From an uncultured Planctomycetaceae bacterium (lineage in GTDB: Bacteria > Planctomycetota > Planctomycetia > Planctomycetales > Planctomycetaceae), in assembly GCA_963813715.1 (NCBI GenBank), contig CAWFAK010000017.1, forward strand, positions 1-64,000: a stretch of DNA of 64,000 bases, written 5' to 3'. Position numbers and translations under genes: made by a program. Below, piece by piece: positions 18,820 to 29,656 of the stretch (position 1 is the stretch's first letter; each line of letters opens with the position of its first letter). The notes below the pieces were generated by a model that had not been told where the DNA came from, did not search any database, and saw only the letters and a program-made list of their open reading frames with translations.

Positions 18820-19912
18820 TCAGCCCTCGTCGATCACGCACGCGAACTCGCGGAGGGCCGCCGACACGACGGGCGCCGGGCAGGACCAGACGAGGAAGAA
18901 CATCGCCTCGCGAACAGTGCGCTCGGCCGGATGACCGACGACGAAGCCGGCCCCCTTCGATGCGGCCAAATACGCCTGGGCGGCCCGTAACACGAGTGAG
19001 TTGGCCTTGTGGCGGACCGATTCGGCGCTCGGTGTCAATCCGTTCGTGACGGCCGCCGAATAAAGATCGGTGCGCGCGGTCGCGTGCTCGGCCTCGAGCG
19101 CCTTGAGAATCGGCACCAGTTCCGCGCGACGTTGCGCTTCGCCCTTCAGTCGGCCGAGGATGCCGGACGTCAGACCGACGGCCAGTGCCGAGGTCGTCAA
19201 CGAGCCGGCCCCGCCGCCTCCGTGCTTCATCACTTGTTCGATCGGCCCGAACAACAAGTTGCGGCGGGGGACGCGGACGTTGTCGAGCGCGAGGGTGGCC
19301 GTTTGCGATGCCGAAAGTGCCAAGAGTCGCATGGGCGGCTGTCGATCGACGCCGGCCAGCGCGGTCGGCACGGCCATAAGCACCTGACGTCCGTCGGCCA
19401 GCGTGCCGCCGGTGACGATGTGTTCAGCCGCTGCCGCACCCGTCACCCAGGGAACCGTCCCATTCAGCACGAACTCGTCCGAGGCTTCGACGGCCGACAC
19501 CGCCGGCTGCGCCAGGTGCTGCCGCGACGTCGTCAGATGCGAGATCCCGACTGTGGCAAAGGTCTCGCCGCGGCAAAGCGCCGGCAAGAGCTCCCGACTT
19601 CATCTCGAAATTGGCGCTGGCCGCGATCCGCTGGCAGGCCGCGTTCCTCTGCGTGAGGACGAAGGTGGTCGTCAAACAGGCGGCAGCCAATCTTTCGTAG
19701 GCGGCCATCACCTGGACGTCGGTCGCCAGGTGCCCGCCAAACTCGGCCGGTAGGCCCCAGGCCAGGACTCCCGCATCGGCCAGCAAACGAATCTGTTCGG
19801 CGGGCCAGTCGTCGATGTTCTGCAGTTGCGGCGAAAGTTCTTCGAGCTGAGCACAGAGCCGCTCGAGATCGTCGGGCAACTCCACGGGCAGACCGGAGGC
19901 AGGTTGGTTCAT
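18820..19912 (-). CDS. Acyl-CoA dehydrogenase family protein; frameshift ~19595
   Basis: WPAEQI..LPAEFGG, TTTFVLTQRNAA, LNGTVPWVTGA, HPAERTVREAMFFLVWSCP. Confidence 0.8.
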
Positions 19913-19974
19913 GGTTACCGTCGCTGGGAATGGGGCAAACGCTCGCTGTCGTCGCGTTGTCCGACCCCGGCGAT

Positions 19975-20283
19975 TCAAGTCAGGGCCTCGAGAAACTCGG
20001 TCATTTCACGTTCGGCGTGGCCGTCACGCACTTTGCGCGCGATCTGTATCCCCTGGGTCAGGACCGCGCGGGCTTCGTCCGTTCGTCCACGCTCGGCCAG
20101 GGTTTGACCTTTTTGAAAATAGGCGGGGACGTATTCCGGATGCCGGTCAATCACGGACTGATACTGCGCGAGGCCTCGTTCGAGGTTTCCCTCGTTGACG
20201 CAGGCCTTGGCCAGCGCGTACTGCAAAAACACGTCGTCTGGATCGGACTCCAGCAATTGTTCAAGCTGTCGGGTCGTCGGCAA
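19975..20283 (-). CDS. Small TPR protein
   Basis: DPDDVFLQYALA, PEYVPAYFQKGQTL TPR pattern. Confidence 0.85.
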   Translation of the reverse strand: MPTTRQLEQLLESDPDDVFLQYALAKACVNEGNLERGLAQYQSVIDRHPEYVPAYFQKGQTLAERGRTDEARAVLTQGIQIARKVRDGHAEREMTEFLEALT

Positions 20284-20702
20284 GTTTGAGTCCTGGGAAA
20301 GTTTTGCTGAAGCATCCGATCGTCCGCGGCTTGAGTCGAACTCGTCGCCTGCGGCTGAAACTCAACTCTGGTGTCCGATTCTAGCAATTCTGTCGGTCGC
20401 TCAGAATCGGCCGACCGCCGAATGACCGTGAGGCCTCCCCATCACCGCAATTTGCCGTCGGAACTGAAGGGCAACCGCGGAAAAAAAACGCCGGCCGGCA
20501 GCGACGCGGGGCGACCGCCGTCAGATTCTGCACACTCGTAACTCGGTTCCAGCTAGGCAAGTTATGCACGTCGCCTCTCACGCTATCAAGCGGCGGAATT
20601 GGATTAGTCGATTCTGGCGTGGCGGAGGCACGATGGAACGCGCTCCGTGAAGCGGACGGAACCTCACCCACCTGTTGTTCACTCGTAGAGTCTCCCCCCG
20701 CT

Positions 20703-22109
20703 ATGCCGAAACGCCCCCTCGCACACGCGTTGTTTCTGGCTCTGATCCTCGCTGCCGGCGCCGGCCTGGGTGCTGGCGGCGTCGAGGGCACTGCTGCGCA
20801 GTGCGCGGAAAACCAGCGGGAAACTCCCCTGGTCCGCGCCGTACAACGCGCTCGAGCGGCTGCCGTCAACATCCATACCGAGAAGACGACACCGGTCACC
20901 GACCCTGCGTTCGCCACGCCGGGCCGACACGGCCGCAAGGTCAACGGCATGGGGACCGGCATCATCATCGACGAGCGGGGCTACATTGTCACCAACCACC
21001 ACGTGGTCAACGGCGTCGACAAGCTCAGTGTCACCCTCGCCTCCGGCAACACCTTTGACGCGGTCGTGATCTCCGAAGATCCGATTCGCGATCTGGCCGT
21101 CCTCAAGATCCAGGCCTCGGTTCCGCTGACCGTGATGCCGCTGGGCACCTCGTCCGACCTGATGTTGGGCGAAACCGTGTTCGCGATCGGCAATGCTTTC
21201 GGCTACGAAAGCACGATCACCATGGGCATCGTCAGTGCCCTGCACCGGGACGTCGAGGTGAACGATACCCAGTCCTATAAGAACCTGATCCAGACCGACG
21301 CCGCCATCAATCCGGGCAACAGCGGCGGCCCGCTGATTAACCTCAACGGCGAAGTCGTCGGAATCAACGTGGCGATCCGGGCCGGTGCCCAGAAGATCGG
21401 CTTCGCGATTCCGATGGACGACGCCCGCAAGATCATCGCCGACTTGCTGAAAATCGAATACTTTGACGGCACCTCGCACGGACTGATCGCTCGAGACGTG
21501 AAGGCCGGCGGCGACCGCCGACTGGTCGTCGAAGGCGCACGAGCCGGCAGTGCCGCCGACGTGGCCGGACTCAAGCCGGGCGACGTTGTGCTCAAGGCCG
21601 GCGAGATGCCGATCGTCGACAATGCCGACCTGGAACGGGCCCTGCTCGGTCACGGCGTCGGTGACGAAGTCCGTCTGACGGTGCGACGCGACGGTCGCCC
21701 GGAGCAAATCGGCCTCAAGCTGGGTCCTGCGAACGGTGAAACGCTGGCGGCCGGCGCGGGCAGCGTGATTGTCCACCCAGGCGAGACCGACCCCATGTCG
21801 GAGCGCATCTGGGAGGTGATCGGGGTCCGCGTTGCCAAGGTGGCCCGCAGCAATTCCAAGTTGGTGAACTCGAAATACGAAGGGGGCCTGCAGGTCGTCG
21901 CCATTCGTAATGACAGCCCGGCGGCTCACGGCGGCATCCAACCGAAAGACGTACTCGTCGGACTGGATCGTTGGACGACCGTCCGCATGGAAGATGTCTC
22001 GTGGGTGCTTGACCATCGCGAGAGTGAAGTCACGCCGCTGCGGTTTCACATCGTCCGCTCGACCGAGACCCTCTTCGGTGACCTGCAGTTGATGACGCAG
22101 CAACGGTAG
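20703..22109 (+). CDS. htrA: HtrA/DegP-like trypsin serine protease with 2 PDZ domains
   Basis: TNHHVV, DLAVLKI, IQTDAAINPGNSGGPL; signal peptide; PDZ motifs. Confidence 0.92.
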   Translation: MPKRPLAHALFLALILAAGAGLGAGGVEGTAAQCAENQRETPLVRAVQRARAAAVNIHTEKTTPVTDPAFATPGRHGRKVNGMGTGIIIDERGYIVTNHHVVNGVDKLSVTLASGNTFDAVVISEDPIRDLAVLKIQASVPLTVMPLGTSSDLMLGETVFAIGNAFGYESTITMGIVSALHRDVEVNDTQSYKNLIQTDAAINPGNSGGPLINLNGEVVGINVAIRAGAQKIGFAIPMDDARKIIADLLKIEYFDGTSHGLIARDVKAGGDRRLVVEGARAGSAADVAGLKPGDVVLKAGEMPIVDNADLERALLGHGVGDEVRLTVRRDGRPEQIGLKLGPANGETLAAGAGSVIVHPGETDPMSERIWEVIGVRVAKVARSNSKLVNSKYEGGLQVVAIRNDSPAAHGGIQPKDVLVGLDRWTTVRMEDVSWVLDHRESEVTPLRFHIVRSTETLFGDLQLMTQQR

Positions 22110-22239
22110 TTGACGCCGGCCCCGAGCGGGTGGCCCGCCGGATGACGCCCGTTGCTTGCCGCAACCCTCGGTCAACCGACTAGAATGGTAACCGGTCGAT
22201 TGCTCTTGGCCGGTTCCATCATCGCGTGCCAGAGATTGC

Positions 22240-23225
22240 GTGCCGGATCATCGCGTGCCAGATCATCACGTCACTGACGTCCGCTCCGAGTTCTCCTTCA
22301 TCAACTGGATTCGCTCGCGCACCCCGGCTTATCCCGGCGTGCAGATCGGCATCGGCGATGATGCGGGCCTGTTCCGCTTCGGTGAAGCAGGCGAGTGCCT
22401 GATCACTACCGACATGCTGATGGACGGCGTCGACTTCTGGTTGCATGAGCTGGAGCCGTCGGTCGTCGGTCGCAAGGCCCTGGCGGTCAGCTTGAGCGAC
22501 ATCGCAGCGATGGCCGGGCGACCGTTGGCCGCGGTGATCGCCGTAGCCCTGCCGAAAGACGGAGGCCGCCAGCTCGCCGAGCGGATCCATGCCGGCGTGA
22601 GCGCGCTGGCAGCCGAGTTTCAGGTTGCGGTGATCGGCGGCGACACGAATTCGTGGGACGGGCCGCTCGTCATCTGCTCCACGGTGCTCGGCAGTCCGAC
22701 GGCTCGCGGACCCGTGCGTCGAAACGGCGCCCAGGCGGGCGACTGGATCATGGTCACGGGCGACCTGGGCGGAAGCATCTTGGGGAAGCATCTGGCTTTC
22801 CGGCCGCGCGTCCTTGAGGCCTTTGAGTTGCATAAGGCCGTCGATCTGCACGCGATGATCGATATCAGCGACGGGCTGGCGGCCGACCTGCATCATCTGC
22901 TCGACGAAAGCGGCGTCGGCGCGACGATTCGAGCAGCCAACCTGCCGATCAGCGAGGCCGCGCTGCGGATCGACGATTTGCGGTCGCCGGTCGAGCACGC
23001 ACTCGGCGACGGCGAAGATTTCGAGCTGCTCTTCACCGTTTCGCCGGAGGACGGAGGACGCCTCTGCGCCACCCGCCGTGCGACGTCCGACTGTCGCACA
23101 TCGGCGAGATTACGGCCGACCCCTCGTGCACTCTCGTCGAGATCGACGGCCATAGTGTTCCTCTGGCGCCGCAGGGCTGGGTCCATTCGCTCGGCGATGA
23201 CTCAGCGCGAAAATCGCCTGAGTGA
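22240..23225 (+). CDS. thiL: Thiamine-monophosphate kinase; frameshift ~23070
   Basis: GIGDDA, LSDIAAMAG, GGDT, MIDISDGL, GEDFELLFT; the corrected frame ends ...GWVHSLGDDSARKSPE*. Confidence 0.92.
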
Positions 23226-23283
23226 AGCGGCAATCGCATACTTGGCGAGCGTGTAAGCGTCACGGTGCCTCGCGTTTTGCTCG

Positions 23284-24379
23284 CTAGGAACTGCCACGGT
23301 CCTGCGCGGGCGATGGTACGACGCCCGCGTCTGCTTGTGGACGTTCCCCGGACGCGCTGCCTATCGGGGCGGCGGATGCGGGACGTCGCAAGGTAAAGAT
23401 CCAGTCGCACCCCAGGCTGTGGCAAACTTCCCAGAGCGCAATCGGCCCGTAGAGACCGGCCGCCGTTTGTGTCAGCAGGTGCGTGAGCGGATCGTGGACA
23501 CCGTAGCGCAAGAGCGCGGTCCTGACCGCCGCCGAGACGATCGTGTGTGCGACATAGATCTGGAGCGATAGCAACCCCCACCGTTCGATGAACGGAGCCG
23601 CGCGGTAGGTTGCTAGCACGCTCGCGAGCGCGATGCTTGCCCCAATGCCGACGAAGGCCAAGACTGTCGGTTCGACCGGCCACCCCCGCGCGACGCAGGC
23701 CGCGATCAGTCCATATCCGGCGGCCGCAGCGAGTAACCGCACAACCACGGAGTCGGCGATGCGAATCGTGCCGCGCTCTAGCCACTCCGCAGCGACGGCA
23801 CCCGCCGCCAGATAGATCCCATGTTTACAAAACTCGTGATAGACCCAGCCCATGATCGGGACATCCGTATAAAGGTGTCCCGCATGGAGCACCGCGGCCA
23901 TGATCAACACGCCGATCCGCGGGACGCCCAGCCGCCGCAGGCCGTAGTAGGCCAACGACAGAAAGAAGAGCACGTACAGAAACCAGAACTGCATCATCGG
24001 CCGGTAGAGAATCCGCCACCAGTCGGCGGCGGTGCCCTTGCGAGATGCCGGTCAGCTCGCGGAGCGACTCCTGGAGCAGCGACCAGAGCACGTACGGCCA
24101 GGCGATGCCGCGGAGCCGACTGGAAAGCACGTCGCCAAACGGTTTGCGGACCAATCGTTCGGCGAGCGAGCCGGACAGGAAGAAGAAGAGCGGCATGTGG
24201 AAGGCGTAGATCCACGCGACGGCTCCGCGTGAAAACGCCAGACCGATCGGGTACGACGATTCGGCAAGAATGGCGTGATCGTCCAGACCGATCAGCACGT
24301 GCCCCAAGACGACCAGGAAGATGCCGATGCCACGGCCGTAATCGTTGGCGGCAATTCTGCGTGACGTTTCGATGGACAT
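23284..24379 (-). CDS. Acyltransferase-3 family membrane protein; frameshift ~24030
   Basis: DYGRGIGIFLVVLGH, IYAFHMPLFFFLSG, QFWFLYVLF, SLQIYVAH. Confidence 0.88.
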
Positions 24380-24651
24380 CGAACCGGGCGAGCCTGGCGG
24401 CGGCGAAAAAGCAAGGATTCGCAAGTCGAACCGCGCGGGCCCGCAGTCTGCAGAATCTCGATCGTCGTTGTTCCAAGTCTCGACGCCGATCCGGCACCAC
24501 CGACGCGAGCGGGCTCATTTCTACCACGCCGCTGCGGTTACGCAAACGCTGCGACCCCGAGCCGGACAAAAAGCTGTCGACCCATCGCGGGTAAGGATCA
24601 TCGCGCTGACTGACGGGCATGCGGGACTAGGGAAAAACATGAAAGCGCCTC

Positions 24652-26497
24652 ATGGGCCGTCAACGCGGCCTCCGCGGGGGACACGATCCAGGTCGCGCCC
24701 GGTCTCTACAACGAAGATGTGACGGTATCGACGCCCGTCACCATTCTGGGTGGGCAGCCGCAACTTCCCGGTGAGAAGGGACCATCGAAACTGCAATTCG
24801 AGTCGACCGGGTTCACCGTATCGGCCAGCAGCGTTACCATCGAAGGTTTCCAGATCGGGGCTGCGAACCCGCTCACGTCGACTGACACTGGTATCCTCGC
24901 GACCGACTCCGCCAACTCGACCTTTGATAACAACGTCTTTCTCACAGCCGGGATTACGTTCAACGGGGGTGTGACTCAGACAGAGGTAGCCAACAATTCC
25001 AGTGCGGCCGGCAAAGCCTTCGCGATCTATGTGTCGAGCAGCGATCCCAGCGTCAGTAACGCCAACGACACGTTCACGAACAACATCCTCAATCTCGGCT
25101 ACCTCTTTCTTGATGCGTCCGCGACGGGCGCCGTGGTCGCCGGCAATGTCGTGAAAAACGGGGACGGGTTCGAGAACGCCGCGGACGACGTGACGTTTCT
25201 CAACAACACGGCGACAGGCAACGGGAACCAGGGGTTCCTTTCGACCGGTGATGACGACAGCTTTCTGAACAACACTGCGAACAACAACGAGAGTACCGGG
25301 TTCGACCTGTCTGGGAGTGGGATGCTGGTGAGTGGCAATATCGCGAATAAAAATTCAGACGGCGGTGGATTCCAGATTTCCAGCGACGACGTCACCGTGA
25401 CGGGCAATACCGCGAACTCCGACCCGCTCATCGGCTTTTCGATCGCTGGGGACTCGCCGACGGTCACCAACAACACGGCCAACAATGCGGGCTCGTTCGG
25501 TTTTTCGATCGCCTCCGACTCGGGCGCAACGGTCACCGGGAACACAGCCAACGGAGCCGCCCAGATTGGATTTACGGTCGCGGCTGGGGATGGCACGACG
25601 ATCAGCGGCAACACGGCCAACGGAGCCGGCGATTTCGGATTCTCGATGGCCGTCGGGTCTGCAACGATCAGCGATAACACGGCCAACAACAGCGCCGGCA
25701 GCGGGTTCTCGATGGCCGCCGGAGGTACGCTGATGCTCACTGACAATGTCGCCCGGAACAACGCCGATTATGGATTTGAGATGGCCATGCAAGATGGCAC
25801 GCTCTCCGGCAACATCTCTAATTCCAACGGAAACGCAGGCTTCTCGATTGCCGCGGAAAGCATTTCGTTCCTCAACAACACCGCCAACAGCAACGCCGCT
25901 TCCGGAATTGGCATTGCCATGGGGGCCGGCACCGTCAGCGGCAACACGGCCAATGGCAACGGGGCCGCAGGCATTGGCATTGCGGGTGACGCGCCTTCCG
26001 TCCTCAACAATACGGCCAACAACAACCTGCAGGCCGGTATTCTGGTCACGTGCGACGACGGCACCATCAGTGGCAACACCGCCAACGGCAACCAGGGTGC
26101 CGCCGGCGATGTCGGCAACACCGGCGGCTTCGTGATTGGAGGCGTCGGCAATTCGATCACCAACAACATTGCTCGCAACAACGTCGGCGACGGACTGGTC
26201 CTCGACGGCCTCGCCAACAGCACGGTGTCCGGGAATACCGCAAGCAAGAATGGGGGCGACGGAATTCACCTGGTCGGTGCGTGGGGCAACTCACTGTCCA
26301 CCAATACTGCCAACAACAATGCCAACGATGGCTTCGACGTTGACGTGAACTCCTACGACAACACTTTCGACAGCAACACTGCCAAGGGCAATGCCGTCTT
26401 CGACCTCTCCGACAGCTCGGTGGGCACCGGCACCGCAGGCACCGCCGACACCTGGACCAACAATACCGCCAACACCACCAACCCGCCCGGCATCTAG
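24652..26497 (+). CDS. Right-handed parallel beta-helix repeat protein (NosD/pectin-lyase-like fold); start uncertain
   Basis: Upstream in-frame AVNAASAGDTIQVAPGLYNEDV cap motif, then many ~22-23 aa repeats (T-[VI]-S-G-N-T-A-N-x5-G-F). Confidence 0.85.
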
Positions 26498-26612
26498 CCA
26501 GGGGCGTGCCCCTGGACCCGGGGCGTCCGGTCTACCGTGGCGAAGAGGGCCCTTCGACGCGGCACGCTGTTGGCGACCCCGCCATTCGGCGGTCGGGCTG
26601 CGCCCGTCGGCA

Positions 26613-27281
26613 GCTGCCAATCTGGCGGCGATCCTGATCCTTCGTGGGACGCCTCCTGAAAGGGTCCAGTCCCACGGTCCCGCCCGGTGTTTGCGCCCGG
26701 GTACGCGTTCGGTTTATCAGTCCCGTCCCATGCGGGGTTGTTCGATCGTTGGGGGCGATTCGGTGATCCCGTCCCGCCCAGCATTCCAACGGTCGTTGAA
26801 TCCCGTCCCGTCCCGTCGTTTCGAGTCCCGTCCGAATCTTAGCCGGCGTCCGTCACCGGATTCGGTCTTCTTGGTGTCCTTCTCGGCTTGGCGGTGAACC
26901 CTCTTGGCTGCCCGTTGCGCGGATAGCAATTCAATCCCGTCCCAATTTAGCTTTCGCCGCAACTCTTGATTGAGTCGAGCGTTCGACGCCTCGTGAGATT
27001 CCAGTCCCAATCACTCGTTTGAGTCCCGTCCCAACTTTGCCCTCGGTGCATTTTGGCGAGAGAGTTGTGGTAGAGTCGGGCGGTAACGATCGGATCCCGT
27101 CCCGCCAATCCCGTCCCAACGAATCCCGTCCCCAACTCGAGCGGTGGCGTCTCGGACGAATCCCGTCCCGTCCCAATCCCGTCCCGAGATTCCCAATTGC
27201 TGTGCGGTGCAGGTCCATGGCCACGAAAGTGCCTGCCGGCTCGGCAAGTTCCATCCCGATGCGACCCGCCAGATTGGCAGC
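26613..27281. repeat. TCCCGTCCC-rich array bounded by a perfect 16-bp inverted repeat (MITE/REPIN-like candidate)
   Basis: GCTGCCAATCTGGCGG (26613-26628) and CCGCCAGATTGGCAGC (27266-27281); ~20 GTCCC copies inside. Confidence 0.65.
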
Positions 27282-27524
27282 GGATCAGACCTCAGCAGCA
27301 TTTGCGAGCGGCGGACTCCCGGCGATCGGCGGCTGCCGCGGTCAGCGCGTGGACTTGCCTTGGCGGCGCGGAAGACGGCGCACCGCGATCGGGACAGGGA
27401 TCGGTGATCCCAAATTCCATTTTGCCACAGACGGCCAAATCACCAAGATCAGTTTTGCAAATCCGCTGTCATCGACAGCCGGATCGCCAACTTGGAGTGG
27501 GACGCCGAAGGGCGTGCGCAGCTT

Positions 27525-28160
27525 TTAGAGGCCGAAATCCGCGGGGTTGAAGTCGCGGAGCCGGGCTTTCTTCGCCGCCTCTTTCAGCTTGGCGACGACG
27601 AAGTGCTTGTGATTGGCGACCGCTTGCTCGCTGATCCCGAGGCGTTCAGCGGCGGCTTTGTTCGTCCATCCCAGCACGAACAAGAGCTCAATGCACTGCA
27701 GCCGCTCTTGTTCGCCGTTGGCCTTCCAGCCGTCGATCAGCGTCCGCATGCACTCGGCGATCAGTCCTTCCTCGGCCACGCGGCGTTCGCGGCTTTGGGC
27801 CAGGCTCGAGGCACGGCGGTCGTTGCCGGCGGGCTCGTTCCAGCCACCCTGGGAGTCGGGCGCCAACAGCGGAATCGTCGGCCGGCGACCCTTCCGCCTG
27901 AGCGCGTCGGTCAGCTTGTGGGCGGCGATGGAAAAGAGATACGTCTCGAGCGGCGTGGCAGAGTCGTAATTCGGCAGGCTGACCAGAAATCCCAGGAACG
28001 TGTCCTGGACGATGTCTTCGGCCGCCGTGGGATTGCGAAGCCGGCTGTCGACGAAGGCGAAGAGCCGCCCCTCGTAGCGGGCGATCAAATCCTGCCAGGC
28101 CTGCTCGCTCCCGCGGCGAACCTCGACGACTAAGAGCGACTCGGCGGCATCTCGGGGCAC
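27525..28160 (-). CDS. ECF RNA polymerase sigma factor (kinase-associated planctomycete type)
   Basis: AWQDLIARYEGRL, AAEDIVQDTF, YLFSIAAHK; region 4 (NKAAAERLGISEQAVAN). Confidence 0.9.
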   Translation of the reverse strand: MPRDAAESLLVVEVRRGSEQAWQDLIARYEGRLFAFVDSRLRNPTAAEDIVQDTFLGFLVSLPNYDSATPLETYLFSIAAHKLTDALRRKGRRPTIPLLAPDSQGGWNEPAGNDRRASSLAQSRERRVAEEGLIAECMRTLIDGWKANGEQERLQCIELLFVLGWTNKAAAERLGISEQAVANHKHFVVAKLKEAAKKARLRDFNPADFGL

Positions 28161-28257
28161 AAATCCCGTCCTTCAATCGACGACAACCAGGCTGGCGACG
28201 ACCGGCAGGCCGGGCTGTCGAGCCGGTCCGATCCGCGGCCGATCAAACCGCTGCCAA

Positions 28258-29656
28258 TTAAATCAGCGCTGCGGCGGCCGCCGCGCCGGCGCCAATGACC
28301 GCCACGGCCGCAACCTTCAGCCGGCGGCGATAACGGCCCTGCGTCCGGTCATCCAGTCGAAAATAGGCGGCCCCGGTAGCGAACGTCAACGTCAGCAGGG
28401 CGGCAAAGCCGGCGAGGGCCTCGAGCCGACGGGGCACCACTTCCTCTTTCCAACTGGAGAGCAGCTGCGAATAGACGGCTGGCGACAGCTCGACCTGTTT
28501 ATAGGCCCGATAGACGATGAAGGGCGTCCCTGAACTGAGCGTCTTCCGCGGAATTTTTTCGACATACGTCAAGCGGACGGCCACTTCGCGCACGGACTCG
28601 GCCGGCGGCAACCACTTGCCGACCTTGGGATAAGCCCGCTGGATCGCGTCGCCCAGCACGAGCCGGGCTGCTTCGAGCGTGTCGTGCTCGGCCTCACTCT
28701 GCGTGCCGGCAAAACCGCCTTGCACGACGACGAGCTTCCGATTGTCCTCGTCGACGATTTCAGTCTTGGCCCAAGCGGGCAACTTTTCTCCTGCAACGTC
28801 CGCGCTAGGGGACGAACTGGGTCCGGCCTGCGGTGCAGCAGCGGCAACGGGGGCACTCGGCGCGGCGGGAGTAGCGGGCGGCGCGGGTTGTGCATGAGCG
28901 GCGGGAGGCGACGACGACGGAGACGCCGACGGCGCGGCCACAACCACGTCGACTTCGTGGCGCTCCTGCCACCGGCAAAGCCGGGGCATTCGGTTCAGTC
29001 ACCGCTGCCTCAGTTGGCGGCGTCGTGACGGTGATCGAGCGAGCGGCGGGCACGTCGTGGTGTCGTTGGGCGATTTGATGTCCGAGATGCTCGATCTCGT
29101 GGATGAGCTGCGCGGCTGCGTGCTCGAGCTGCTGGGCCATGTCGGCGGCGCCTCTGTCGAGCTGTCGCGACATCTGGTCGGTGCCGTGATCGACCTGCCG
29201 GTCGATTTGCGCCGCGCTGTGAGCGAGAGCCCGGTCGACCTGATCGCTCGCGCGATCGAGCTGGCGTTCGAGCCGCGTCACGGCCTCATCCAGGCGCTCG
29301 CGGCGGTGTTCGGCGGCGACGGCGGCGACTGGGCGATTGTCCGGATCGACGACGATCGTCGTGTGGACGTGCTCTTTCATTCCGCGGCTCACCAGCACCA
29401 CCACCGCGACGGCAAACATGATCGCCCAAAATCGCGACGGGCCCCGACGGTAGCCCCCGCGCGGATCGTAACCACGAGGAGCGTAACCGCGCGGCCCGCG
29501 ACCCGCAGACATTCCAGCGAAGCAACACATCGCCACGCATCCCAAAAGAAGTGCTGGGAACGGCCACCAGACAAAACCGAGGACGGCGTTCTGCGATCCC
29601 AATTGCAGGGTGAACGACAAGCCGTCCGTGCCTTGACTCAGGAATAGGCTAAGCAT
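28258..29656 (-). CDS. Hypothetical membrane protein (N- and C-terminal TMs, 11-mer helical repeats, Pro/Ala linker); frameshift ~28960
   Basis: ORFs 28805-29656 and 28258-28989 join; C-terminal TM plus YFRLDDRTQGRYRRRL motif. Confidence 0.7.

Noticed and set aside
26498..26515. CCAGGGG/CCCCTGG hairpin as an intrinsic terminator
   Set aside because: No U-tract on either strand
26660..27200. CRISPR array
   Set aside because: The repeat unit is only 5-13 bp, spacing is irregular, and there are no cas genes
26717..27528. Short ORFs with GTG/RDWDG/PSR peptide repeats
   Set aside because: The 5-bp repeat appears in all frames, so the repeat is at DNA level; no codon bias
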